The notes under the pieces are model-generated. The model saw only the letters and a list, made by a program, of their open reading frames with translations. It did no database searches and was not told the origin of the DNA. Shown here in pieces: positions 11,232 to 22,784 of a stretch of DNA of 64,000 nucleotides (its first letter is position 1; every line of letters begins with the position of its first letter). Where the stretch lies: positions 248,001 through 312,000 of the forward strand of contig NW_026867531.1 in the NCBI RefSeq assembly GCF_020745735.1, given 5' to 3'. Both the position numbers and the translations under genes were made by a program. This DNA is from Hemiscyllium ocellatum. Lineage: Eukaryota.

Positions 11232-14200
11232 TTACACGGTGGTCTTTCCCCACCGCGCCTTGGCGGCAGCTGCCCCAAGCTTCAGCGCGTCCCTCAACAC
11301 GTAGTCCTGGACCTTGGAATGTGCCAGTCTGCAACACTCAGTCGGGGTCAACTCCTTCAGCTGGAAGATCAACAGGTTTTGGACCGCCCAGAGAGCGTCC
11401 TTCACCGAGTTGATGATCCTCCAGGCGCAGTTGATGTTCATCTCGGTGTGCGTCCCGGGCAACAGGCCGTAGAGCACGGAGTCCCGCGTCACGGCGCTGC
11501 TCGGGACGAACCTCGACAAACACCACTGCATTCCTCTCCAGACTTCCTCTGCATAGGCACATTCCAGAAGGAGGTGTGTGACAGTCTCGTCCACCCCGCA
11601 GCCGCTTCGAGGGCAGCGTGCGGTGCGGCAGAGAGTCCGGGCGTGCATAAAGGATCTCACAGGCAGAGCCCTTCTCATCACCAGCCAAGCCATGTCTTGG
11701 TGCTTGTTGGAAAGTTCTAGCGATGAGGCATTCTGCCAAATAGCTTTGACAGTCTGCTCAGGGAACCACTCGACAGGATCCGCCCTCTCCTTTTCCCAAA
11801 GGGTCTCAAGGACACTACGTGCTGACCACTTCCTGATGGACTTGTGGTCAAAGGTGTTTTTCTTCATAAATTTCTCCACGAAGGACAGGTGGTACGGAAC
11901 GGTCCAACTACTCGGAGCGTTCTGCGGCAGCGAGGCCAGGCCCATCCTTCGCCGCACCGGGGACAGGTAGAACCTCAGTACGTAGTGACACTTGGTGTTT
12001 GTGTACCGGGGATCCACGCACAGCTTGATGCAGCCACACACTAAGGTGGCCATCAGGGTGAGGGTGGCATTGGGCGTGTTTTTTTCCCCATTGCACTGGT
12101 CTTTGTACATTGTGTCTCTTCGGACCCGGTCCATCTTTGATCTCCACATGAAGTGGAAGATGACCCGGGTGACTGCGGCGGCACAGATTCTGGGGATAGG
12201 CCAGACCTGTGCCACATATAACAATACTGAGAGTACCTCACACCTGATGACCAGGTTTTTTTCCCATGATGGAGAGCGACCGTTGCTCCCATCTGCCTAG
12301 TTTCTGTCTCATCTTCCTGATCCGCTCCTCCCATGTTTTGGCGCACGCCCCAGCCCCCGGACCCAAATACCCAGCACCTTCAGGTGGTCAGTCCTGACGG
12401 TGAAGGGGATAGAGGATTGGTCGGCTCAGTTCCCGAAGAGCATGGCCTCGCTCTTGCCTCGGTTTACCTTGGCCCCCGAGGCCCGTTCGAACTGGTCGCA
12501 GATGCACAGGAGTCTGTGCACAGACAGCTGATCCGAGCAGAAAACGGCGACGTCATCCATGTACAGGGAGGCCTTAACCTGTAGGCCTCCGCTGCCAGGA
12601 ATAGTCACCCCTCTCAGGCTCGCATCCTTCCTGATGGATTCGGCAAATGGCTCTATGCAACACACAAACAAGGCGGGTGAGAGGGGGCAGCCCTGCCTGA
12701 CTCCAGATCTTACAGGGAAGCTATCTGATTCCCACCCATTGATTGAGACTGAACTGACAATGTTGGTGTAGAGCAGTCTGATCCAATTCCCTCCCCAAAG
12801 CCCATTTTGGAGAGGACATCCCTCATATATGTATGCGATATCCTGCCAAAGGCTTTCTCCTGGTCCAGGCTGATGAGGCAGGTGTCCAGCCCCCTGTCCT
12901 GCACGTAGGCGATCGTATCCCTGAGGACGGCAAGACTCTCAGAGATCTTCCTGCCCGGTACAGCACAGGTTTGGTCAGGGTGGGTCACCGATCCCAGAGC
13001 AGACCTGACCCGGTTGGTGATGACCTTTGACAAGATTTTGTAGTCTGTGTTTAACAGTGAGATCAGTCTCCAGTTTCTAGTTTCTTCCCCCTCCCCCTCC
13101 TGCTTGTAGATGAGGGTGATGATGTCTTTCCTCATGGATTCACTCATGGTACCTACCTGAAACATACTGACATACACCTCCAGCAGGTCCCGGCCAATCA
13201 AGTCCCGAAGAGCAGAATAGATCTCGACCGGTAAGCCGTCGCTTCTGGGAGTTTTATTCTTTTCAAAGGACTCGAGGGCCTTGGTCTGCTCATCCAGAGA
13301 TAGCGGCTGGTCCAGCCTCTCTCGTGTTCCGTCATCTAGGACCTCCGTGATAGAGGACAGGAACGACTGGGAGGCCGCGCTGTCGGTTGGCTTCGAGTCA
13401 TACAGACTGGCATAGAAGGATTTGCTGATCCTCATGATGTCAGCCTGAGATGACGTTACCGAGCCATCTTCTTCCTTCAGGCTGCTGAGCACGGAGCTCT
13501 CTTTGTGCACCTTCTGGAAAAAGAAACATGAGCACGTCTCGTCCTGCTCCACGGAGCAGACTCTGGACCGGAAGATTATCTTGGAGGCCTCCGAGGTAAA
13601 GAGTGAGGCTTGCTGGCCCTTCACCTCTTGGAGGTCCCCCGTGACATCGACCCCCAACGTCTGCAACAGGAGCATGTTCTGCTTACTTTCCTGGAGTTGG
13701 GACAGTTTTCCCCACCTCTCCCTCGCCTCCTGAACACCTTTGAGGATGAAGAACCTCTTGATGTTCCCTTTTACTGTTTCCCACCAGTCTGCTGGAGACT
13801 CAAAGAGGGGCTTCGCGGTTCTCCAACCTGCGTAATCCCTCTTGAGCTCCTCGATGTTTCCCGGGGTCAACAGCTTAGTGTTTAGTTTCCATGTTCCCTT
13901 ACCCGCCCGCTGCTCGTCTTGTAGGTGACAGTCGGCCAGCAGGAGGCAGTGGTCAGAGAAGAACACCGGCTTGATGTCGGTGGATCTGACTGAGAGCGTT
14001 CGGGACACAAACAGGTCATCTATCCTTGAGCGAATAGACCCGTCTGCCCGTGACCAGGTGTATCTACGCTGCGCTCCATCTGCAGGGGTGATGAAGACGT
14101 CGTGCAGCTTGGCATCTTTGACCGTTTCCATCAGGGCTTTGGACGTGGCATCCAGTTTACTGTCCCCCCACCCTCCGGATCTTCCATCTGCATCAATGAT

Positions 14201-14635
14201 ACAGTTGAAGTCTCCGGCCAGAATGACCGGCCTGGATGGAGCCAGCAACAGTGGAAGCTGCTGCAGGACGGCCAACCGTTCACTCTTACCCGCTAGGGCG
14301 TACACGGTGATTCGTCTCACGGGAGCGTTTCTGTATTTAACATCCGCGACGAGGAGGCGCCCGCCCACCACCTCCTTAACCTCGGAGATGGTGAAGTTGC
14401 CTCCCCGCAACAGGATACCCAGGCCTGAGGAGCGGTTATCGTTGCCTCCCGACCACACTGACAGCCCATGGGCCCACAAGCTCGACCATCTCCTGTAACT
14501 GCTGAGGTGTGGTATCCCACACTCCTGCAGAAACAGGACATTAGCTTTGACGTTGGCCAGGAAGGCCAGCGTTGAAACACATCGCGCAGCAGATTTTATG
14601 CTGCCCACATTAATACTGGCAATTTAAATCCCCAT
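11232..14635 (-). pseudogene. Tx1 ORF2 (AP endonuclease-reverse transcriptase-zinc finger), disrupted
   Basis: ATG at 14635 then in-frame TAA at codon 4; motifs FLQECG, LAGDFNC, RSRIDDLF, FFSDH, WRLISLLNTDYKILSK, LDQEKAF, LYMDDVAV, CPRSGC..ETVTHLLLEC spread over several frames. Confidence 0.9.
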
Positions 14636-14640
14636 TTCTT

Positions 14641-15911
14641 TTAACAAGTTGTGAGGTTACCCGTGTCCAATTGCCGCCGGTCCTGCCCCTCTGGGGTAGC
14701 TGTCTGCATCCCCATACAGAACACGAACTGCTGGACCCTCGCAGGGCTGAGGTCGCTGTTCAGCTCCTCACTCGGTCCATTTTCCCGCTCCGGTGTCATC
14801 GGGCTGTGACCAGGGTCCACGCTGTCTGCTTCTATATCTGACAGTGGGGCTGTCAGAGGGTCGCTGCTCCCAGTGACCTGGAGCTGTGTGGGGGTGGGGC
14901 CCTCCTGGCTTTTACCTGGTGGGGGTGTGATAGTTTCCCATTGCCTCAGGAGGTCCGTCCCTTGGTTGGCAGTTGCTGCTCTCCTTTCTCCCCGCAGCAC
15001 TCTGCCTCTTCTTTTGGTGACGACCCTCCTTACGTCCGTCCTCATCCTCCGAAGAGCTGTCCGTGTCTTCCCCATGCAGCTGCCTTTTCCCCTGTTTCTG
15101 GGAGGTTTTGGCAGCTGGGTGGGTTTCCCTCCTCTTGTTTTGCACCAGGATCCATTCCTCTGCCTCCTTCTTTCCCTTCTCCACCTCCTCCTCCGCCCGT
15201 CCTGTCGGAGCTTTGCTCAGCAGCTCTCCCTCTCCAGTAGCTGGCGTCTGCTCTGCTCCGGCCTGTCCTTCTTTTTGCGTGCCCCCAGACACCGTTCCCT
15301 TGCTGGTTTGTGGCCCACCCCCCGGCCATCTGCGCGTAGGTGGCGGCCCCACGTCTTGGGCAGGCCTTGTACACGTGGCCCACCTCCCCGCACAGATTGC
15401 AGTTTTTTGCCTCCTTGCATTCTTTGGTCGGGTGGCCCTCCTTCTTGCAGTTCCGACATATCGTGACCTTGCAGTCCGCCGCCATGTGGCCTGACCTCCC
15501 ACAGGTTCGGCACACTTTCGGCTGCCCTGCGATAAGTCAGGTACTCTCTGCTCCCTCCGATAGCAAAGCTGGAGAGTGGGTGGAGGATGTTCCCACTGGC
15601 ATCAACCCTCAGGGTTGCCTTGACCTGTCGTTTGCTAGTCCAGATCCCGAAAGGGTCAACTACATCAGTGCTTTCTCCCTCAACCTGCTCATATCTCCTC
15701 AGGAACGTCAGGACATCAGTTGCTGGAACATAGGGGTTGTACATGTGGATCGTGACAACCCGACTCCTCTGTGCAGGAAGCACACACAGCGGGACCCCCG
15801 ACAAGATGGAGAACAGCGGCTCCCCGTCCTTTTCCTTGAAGACCTTCAGGAGCTGCTGGCGTTGCTTCACGCTCCTGAAGGTGACATCGAAGTAGCCTGC
15901 CCCAGGGAAAT
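14641..15911 (-). pseudogene. Tx1 ORF1 (gag-like nucleic-acid-binding protein), 5'-truncated and frameshifted
   Basis: CRTCGRSGHMAADC, CRNCKKEGHPTKEC, CNLCGEVGHVYKAC (three CX2CX4HX4C); stop at 14641-14643, 5 nt before the ORF2 ATG. Confidence 0.88.
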
Positions 15912-16580
15912 GATAAAGGATTAGATAACTATCAGGCTGGGAGGGTGAATAGCTGTTAATTGGGACTGTTAGGGCTAACCATAGGTAATTTGTAATGACA
16001 GGCTGTGAGATCAAGGCCTGGTGTGTGGATAGGGCCTTAGGGAATGGGATTGTTAACCTATGTTTAGCCACTAACTGTCTCCATTGTAAGCTGTTCCCCA
16101 CCTACATCAATCCACGATTGGAGCTGCCGAGGACACATTCCTCTGGAATATCCTCCCTAACCCTCTCTGTCCTCCTTTAATTTGTATCTGAAAATAGTTC
16201 TGTTTAGTCAACGTTTCCATCATTCATGAAGCACTTTAGGGAGATTTGTCTATGTGAACAGCTCCATACAATGCAGGTAGTTGTTGTTAATGTCTGACAT
16301 TGGGAGAAACAGGAATGAACCCTCTCTCTCGTACCTGATGAACGGCAGCAAAAGCAGAGAATGGTCTGTGCAGTGATTGATGTCAGTGCAGGCCAACAGG
16401 GGGCAGAGGGTGGGACTGGAGGACCAGGCAATGCCAGTTTGTCCTCCAACCAATCAGAGTGAATGAGGGTATCCTCAACACTGGCATTAAGGAAAGGCAC
16501 ATATAGCAGAGGTTTGAGAAACTGGAGGAGATGAGAGATAGGGAGCATTCTGATGCTGCAGAGGAATTATAGAGAGAAGG

Positions 16581-16670
16581 AAGAGTTGTGAGGCTGAATG
16601 AGGTGACAGTGATTGGAAGAGTTGTGAGGCTGGATGAGGTGACAGTGATTGGGAGAGTTGTGAGGCTGGA
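16581..16670 (+). repeat. 36-bp tandem repeat, 2.5 copies
   Basis: aagagttgtgaggctg(a/g)atgaggtgacagtgattgg at 16581-16616 and 16617-16652, partial third copy 16653-16670; single-unit homologue at ~826-860. Confidence 0.85.
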
Positions 16671-16769
16671 GCCATTCACAGGGATAGTGAGGAAACAGAC
16701 CCTGTGGTCTAACCAATCCATGTCGGCCATAACTCCAAACTGAACTAATCGCACCTGCCTCTGCTTGGT

Positions 16770-17340
16770 CCACATTCATCCAAGTATTTCCTATTAATGT
16801 ACTTATCCAAATGTCTTTTAAATATTATAATTGTATTCACAGCTACCACTTCCTCTGGAAGTTCATTCCACATGGATAAAAATTAAAACATCCCTAATGT
16901 CTTTTTTTCAAACCTTTCTCATCTCTTCTCAAAATGTATGCACCCGAGTCTTGAATTCCCTTCCCCCCGGCCATTCACCTTATCCATACTCTTCATGAAT
17001 TTATAAACCTCTAATAAGGTCACCCCTGAACTTCCTACGCTGTAGTGAAAAATGTCTCAGCCTCTCCTTATTACACAATCCTTCCATTCCCATCACCGTC
17101 CTGGTAAATCTCTCTGAATCTACTCCAATTTAATAATAGCCTTCCTATAACAGCACAACCAGAACTGGGCACAGTATTGCAGAAGAGGCCTCACTAACAT
17201 CCTGTACAACCTCAACAAAGCGACTCCCTCTACTCAAAGGTCTGAACAATGAAGGTAAGTGTGCTAACCACCTTCTGAATCATCCTGTCTACACCTGACA
17301 CAGGCTTCAAAAGACTGAACCCCTCGGTCTCTTTGTTCCA
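16770..17340 (-). mobile_element. Decayed CR1 LINE 3' fragment
   Basis: Antisense similarity to other CR1 3' ends (tataaggtcacccct..., ccagaactg..cacagta). Confidence 0.7.
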
Positions 17341-17374
17341 TATCACTACACTAGGCCCTACTTTTAATTAGTGT

Positions 17375-18050
17375 AAGTCCTGCCCTCGTTTGTTTTATCA
17401 AGATGTAATATTTTGAATTTATTCCAATCCAAAAATCCAATAAAGTCTTTGAGTATAAAGGCAGTAAGAGTATACTTAAGAGGGAACTCAGGAGGGCAAA
17501 ATGGGGACAGGAGATAGCTTTGGCAAGTAGGGTTAAGGATAAGCCAAAGGGCTTTTATAATTATGTTCAGAACAAAAGGCCATCCAGAGAGAGAATACGG
17601 TAACTCAAAGATCAGCAAGGCAGCCTATGCATGGAACTGCAGACGATGGGGGAGATACTAAACGAGTATTTTGCAATAGTGTTTACTGTGGAGAAGGACA
17701 TGGGTGAGACAGAATGTGGGGAAATAGATGTTGACATCTTGAAAAATGTCCATATTACAGAGGAGGTGGTGCTGGGTGAGTGGCTAACGAGCCGGTGCAG
17801 GGGAGAAGGATTCACATTTTTGGATCATTGTAATCTCCTCTGGGGTAGAGTTGACCTGCACAAGGATGGATTGTCCCTGAATTGGAAGGTGTCTAATATC
17901 TAGGCAGGGAGACTTGCTAGTGATACTTGGGAAGCATTAAACCAGTGAGGGAGTCCGGGGTAAACCCAAACAGATAGTGAGAAAAGAGGTAAATCTGAGG
18001 CTGGTACAGTTCAGAAGTCAAGCAGTCAAGTGCAAGGCACAGAACGAGGT
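17375..18050 (+). mobile_element. CR1 fragments (ORF2 piece joined to ORF1 esterase-like piece)
   Basis: ORF 17631-17903: MGEILNEYFAIVFTVEKD fused to WLTSRCRGEGFTFLDHCNLLWGRVDLHKDGLSLN. Confidence 0.65.
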
Positions 18051-18080
18051 GGGACTGAGCAGTGACTGAGCAGTGACTGA

Positions 18081-18586
18081 GTGGCTCAACACTTAAACTC
18101 CCCCTCCCACTCTACCAAGAACATGCAGGTCCTTGGACTCCTCCATCGCCAGACCATAGCAACACGATGGCTGGAGGAAGAGCGCTTCACCTATCGCCTA
18201 GGAACCCTCCAACCACAAGGGATGAACTCAGATTTCTCCAGTTTCCTCATTTCCCCTCCCCCCACCTTGTCTCAGTCCCAACCCTTGAACTCAGACCACC
18301 TTCCTAACCTGCAATCTTCTTCCTGACCTCTCCGCCCCCACCTCCACTCCGGCCTATCACCCTCACCTTGACCTCCTTCCACCTATCGCATTTCCAACAC
18401 CCCTCCCCCAAGTCCCTCCTCCCTACCTTTTATCTAAGCCTGCTTGGCACACCTTCCTCATTCCTGAAGAAGGGCTCATGCCTGAAACATCGATTCTCCT
18501 GCTCCTTGGATGCTGCCTGACCTGCTGCACTTTTCCAGCAACACATTTTCAGCTCTGATCTCCAGCATCTGCAGTCCTCACTTTCT
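18081..18586 (+). mobile_element. PLE (family 1) 3' fragment ending at the full 3' terminus
   Basis: TIATRWLEEERFTYRLGTLQPQGMN; ends ...cagctctgatctccagcatctgcagtcctcactttct; decayed hammerhead ~18461-18497. Confidence 0.85.
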
Positions 18587-18744
18587 CCAATGTAATAACA
18601 AGGCCTGGTATGTGGGGTAGGGGGTAAAGAAACTAGGACGTGGGAGCATTCAGAACATAAAATTATTGAATTCGATGTTGAAGCCAGAGGATTGCAGGGT
18701 CCCCGAGTGGGAGATGAGGTGTTGTTTTTCTAGCTTGCTTTAAA

Positions 18745-20090
18745 TTGTGGCGCTGGAAAAGCACAGCAGGTCAGGCAGCATCCAAAGAACAGGAGAATCG
18801 ACGTATTGGGCATATAAGCACTTCATCAGAAATATGGGTGGTGGGGGAAGAGAGGGCTGAGAGATAAATAGGGAGGGGTGTGTGGGGTTGGGGGAAGGGA
18901 GTTAGGAAGGCAACAGGTAGATGTAGATGGAGGGGTAGTGGTGAGAGGATGGAGTGGATAATTGGAAAGGAAGATGGACAGGTGGGACAATTCAAGAGGC
19001 CAGTGCCGAGTTGGAGGGTTGAATCTGGAATAAGGTGGGGGAGGGGAGACGAGGAAACATTGATGCCGTGTGGTTGAAAGGTCCCAAGGTGGAAGATGAG
19101 GTGTTGTTCCTCCAGGCCTCGGGTGGCTCAAATTTTGGGGTGGAGGACATCTGGGACTTGCATGTCCTTGGCAGCGTGGTGGCGGGAGGGGGGGTAGCTG
19201 ATGTGGTCGGCCACAGGGCGGTGGGATTGGTTGGTGCATGTGTCCCAGAAATGTTCCCTGAAATATTCCACAAGTTGGCGTCCTAACTCCCCAGTGTAGA
19301 GGAGACCACATAGAGAGCAACGGACACAATAGGTGAGGTGTTTGGATGGGCAGGGAAATCTCTGTTGGATGTGGGAGGATCCTGTGGTGCCTTGGAAGGA
19401 GGTGGGGGGAAGGTGTGGGCACAGGTTTTACACTTCTTGCAGTGGCAAGCGAAGGTGCCGGGAGTGGAGGATGGGTTGGTGGGGAGCATGGATCTAATGA
19501 GGGAGTCTCAGAGAGAATGGTCTCTGTGGAATGCTGAAAGGGGTGAGGAGGGAAATATATCTCTGGTGGGGTCTGATTGTAGGTGGTGGAAATGGTGGAG
19601 GATGATGTGTTGTATCTGGGAGGAAGGTGAGGACTAGGGGGATTCCATCCTTGTTGCGGTTGGAGGTGTTGGGGTTCAAGAGCAGAGATGCAGGAAATGG
19701 AGGAGATACACTGGAAGGTATTGATGACCAAATGGGAGGGGAAATTGCAGTCCTTGAAATCGGAGGCCATTTGGTATGTTCTGGAGTGTTCTGCCAGCTT
19801 GCATCAAGCTTCACTGGAACACTGCAGTAAGCCTGAGACAGAGATGTTGGCCAGGGAACAGGCTCGTGTGTTAAAGTGACAAGCAACTGGAAGCTCGGGT
19901 CTGTTTTGCAGCAGAACGTAGATCATCAGCCACCATTTCCAGCACCTCCACTGAGATGCTGCCAGACACAGGTTCCTGTCTCCTCCATTAACAGCTATGC
20001 ACCCTCCCAGCCGGATCGTTATCCACTCCTTTGTCTTTCCAAATGTTCCTGTCTCTCTTTGGGCTCTGTCCCCACCTATTATTTACTCTT
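18745..20090 (-). mobile_element. Decayed, internally deleted PLE with a plus-oriented pseudo-LTR piece at ~19920-20090
   Basis: Minus-frame pieces of PLE RT/endonuclease (IPLVLTF, CKKCKTCAH, LYTGE-like, PQLVEYF); degenerate hammerhead ~18795-18830. Confidence 0.7.
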
Positions 20091-20109
20091 TAACCCCTAT
20101 CTCCTGCAG

Positions 20110-20272
20110 TCCAAAGATATGCAGGTTAGGTGAATTGGCCCAGCTAAATTTCCCAAAGTGTTCAGGGATGTGCATTAGTCCGGGGAAATGGGGCTGTGTG
20201 GGATAAACTTCAGAGGGTGGGTGGGGAATTGTTGGGCCGAAGGGCCAGTTTCCACACTGTCGGGATTCTAAT
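20110..20272 (+). mobile_element. HE1-type SINE 3' half
   Basis: tccaaagatatgcaggttaggtgaattggcc...gggccgaagggccagtttccacactgt. Confidence 0.75.
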
Positions 20273-20399
20273 TTCCCAGCTGTCATCGGTTCTGAGGAAG
20301 GGTCACTGGACCCTTGGTGTTTGCAGGAGGAGGAAACGGGAAAGGGGGGGCGGGGCAGCAGAAACCGGATCAAATGTAGACTGGGAGGGTTTAGCTCCA

Positions 20400-21200
20400 C
20401 TCTGGGAGTAACGAGATGAATCTAGGGAGAGGTTGTGACAGGAGCCCTCAGACTGTGCTGTGCTCCTCTTGTACAATGTGGGAAATAAGGGGCACTTCCA
20501 GTCTCCCTGACGGCTCTCTGTGCAGGAAGTGTTACTGGGAAACTGCTTTTCAGACCTGGAGCTGTGAGTGGACTCACTGGAGCATCTGCAATCCTGAGAA
20601 TGTTTTGGACAGCATGTTTAGTGAGTTAGTCACACTGCAGGTGAGGGTTACACAGGCAGAAAGGGAATGGGTCACCATCAGATCAAGCAAAAGGCTCAGG
20701 AAGGGAGTGCAGGAGTCCTCAGTGGTCATCCCCTTCCCAAACAGATACCGTATCCCGCTTGGGATTCTGTTATGGGGGGTTACGGGTGGGGTGGCCTCTC
20801 AGGGGAAATCAGCAACAGCCAGGGTCATGACACCACAGAGAGCTGTGCTGCACAGAATGGGAGGAAAGTGCCATGTGCTCGTGAGAGCAGGAATAAGAGG
20901 AGAGATCAGCTGGATGTGTGGCTGGGCAAATGGTGTACCAGAGAAGGGTTTAGATTCTTCAGGCCCTGGGTCTGTTTCTGGGTTAGGTGGGACCTATACC
21001 AGCCTGACTGGTTACCCCTGGGCAGAGCTGGGAGAAATCTCCTCATGGGGGCTTTTGCCAGTTTCATCGGTGAGGTTGTAACTAACCTGGCAGGGGGATG
21101 GGAACTAAAGTGTAGGCTTCGATGGGTCAGATTCAGGTCAGGGAATGGGAGGTAGAATATCAGTGATGTAGTCAGCGGCTCAGAAAGTCAAAGGAAAGGA
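20400..21200 (+). mobile_element. CR1 ORF1 remnant (zinc-finger-like CxxC...CxxC and SGNH-esterase-like segments)
   Basis: VLCSSCTMWEIR...LCRKC; LDVWLGKWCTREGFRFF..FWVRWDLYQPD. Confidence 0.6.
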
Positions 21201-21309
21201 GGATTAAACGAGGATTGAGTCCCTCTTCATCCATCAGTCCTGCCATCCCAGGAATCAGAGTCAACAAAATTTATTGTAGATTCCCACCATTTTGCTGAAG
21301 CACTTCGAC

Positions 21310-21800
21310 TCAGAGAGTGATACAGCATGAAACACACCCTTCAGTCCAACCCGTCCATGTCTATCAGATATCCGAAACTGATCCAGTCCCATTGGGAGAG
21401 TTGGCCGATATCACTCTGAACACTTTCTATTCATGTATCCCTCCAGACGCCTTTTAAATGTTGTAACCCTCCATGCATTCATTACTCCTCTGGCAGCTCA
21501 TTCCATACACACAGCAACCTGCCAGGGAAACGTTTGTCCCTCAGGTCCCTTTTCACTCTTTCCCCTCTCACCTTAAACCCAATGCCCTGTAGTTTTGAAC
21601 TCCCCGACACTGGGTGGAAACAAAGTCCTTGACTATTCACCCTGTCTCTGCTCCTCTAATAAGGTAGCCCCTCAGTCTCTGACGCTCCAGGGCAAAAGCC
21701 CCAACCTATACAGCCTCACCCTTTAACTCGTCAGCCCTAACAATAACCTTGTAGATATTTTCTGAAACCCTTCAAGTTTATCAAAACAGAGTCATAGAGA
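21310..21800 (-). mobile_element. Decayed CR1 3' fragments
   Basis: Collinear with 1100-1500. Confidence 0.65.
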
Positions 21801-21810
21801 TGTCTGGAAT

Positions 21811-22137
21811 TCAAATTTTGTGAGAAGATTTGTAGCTCGGGTGCTCGTTGTTGTGGTTCTGTTCGCGGGCTGGGAATTTGTGTTGCAGACGTTTTGTCCC
21901 CTGTCTCGGTGACATCCTCAGTGCTTGGGAGCCTCCTGTGAAGCGCTTCTGTGATCTTTCCTCCGGCATTTGTAGTGGTTTGAATCTGCTGCTTCCAGTT
22001 GTCAGTTCCAGCTGTCTGTTGCAGTGGCCAGTATATTGGGTCCAGATCGATGTATTTATTGATTGAATCTGTGGATGACTGCTATGCCTCTAGGAATTCC
22101 CTGGCTGTTCTCTGTTTGGCTTGTCCTATAATAGTAG
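21811..22137 (-). mobile_element. PLE family 2 3' end insertion with 10-bp TSD
   Basis: TSD tgtctggaat at 21801-21810 and 22138-22147; minus frame TIIGQAKQRTAREFLEA*QSSTDSINKYIDLDPIY (PLE endonuclease C-terminus); degenerate hammerhead 21885-21924. Confidence 0.75.
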
Positions 22138-22439
22138 TGTCTGGAATGAAAACAGGCACAGAATGGAAGCCCACGCAAACACACACAGGGAGAATGTGCA
22201 ATCACCACACAGAGAGTGGAATCGAATCTGGGTCCTCTTGTTGATCAGTGCACTGACCAATACAGGTCAGCATCCCAAATGAAACCTTCAGCACCTGATC
22301 TCCCTGAAACTCCACTTCCGAGGAACTATGCAATTGTTCTGAGCCCTTCAGAGGGATTGAAGGGGATGGGGAGAAAACAGGAACAAGGTTGAGTTGAAGA
22401 TTTTTCAAATAACTGTGTGTCCCCCCCATCTACTCTTTC

Positions 22440-22775
22440 CCCCGACCCCAACATTGCAGGGAAAAGACCTTGTCTATTAACCCTATCCCTGTCACTTCTG
22501 ATTTTATAAACCTCCTATAAGGTCACCCCTCAGCCTCTGACACTCCAGGGAAAACAGCGTATTCAACCTCTCCATGTATCTCAAATCCTCCAATCCCGGT
22601 AATATCCATGTAATCGTTTTCTGATGCATTTCAAGTTTCACAATATTGTTTTGATAGGAAGGAGACCAGAATTGCATGGAATATTCCAAAAGTGGTCTAA
22701 CTAACGTCCTTTGCAGCCTCAATATGATCTCCCAACTCCTATACTCAATGCTCTGACCATTAAAGGAAAGCGTAC
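22440..22775 (-). mobile_element. CR1 ORF2 3' fragment
   Basis: TLVRPLLEYSMQFWSP...LPGLEDLRYMERL..LFSLE..RLRGDL. Confidence 0.8.
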
Positions 22776-22784
22776 TAAAAGCCT

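Larger units (their letters stand above)
11024..15911 (-). mobile_element. Tx1-clade (L1 superfamily) non-LTR retrotransposon, 5'-truncated in ORF1
   Basis: ORF1 with three CCHC knuckles, ORF2 with APE endonuclease, RT and C-terminal CCHC; AATAAA (plus-strand tttatt 11045-11050) and short poly(A); 11-bp TSD gataaaggatt at 11013-11023 and 15912-15922. Confidence 0.92.

Noticed and set aside
11199-15502. Numerous plus-strand ORFs of 60-200 aa over the Tx1 element
   Set aside because: Antisense shadows of GC-rich TE coding sequence
15217-16101. 294-aa ORF as a complete Tx1 ORF1 start
   Set aside because: Sequence beyond the TSD at 15912 is flanking PLE DNA; the N-terminal ~63 codons are fortuitous read-through
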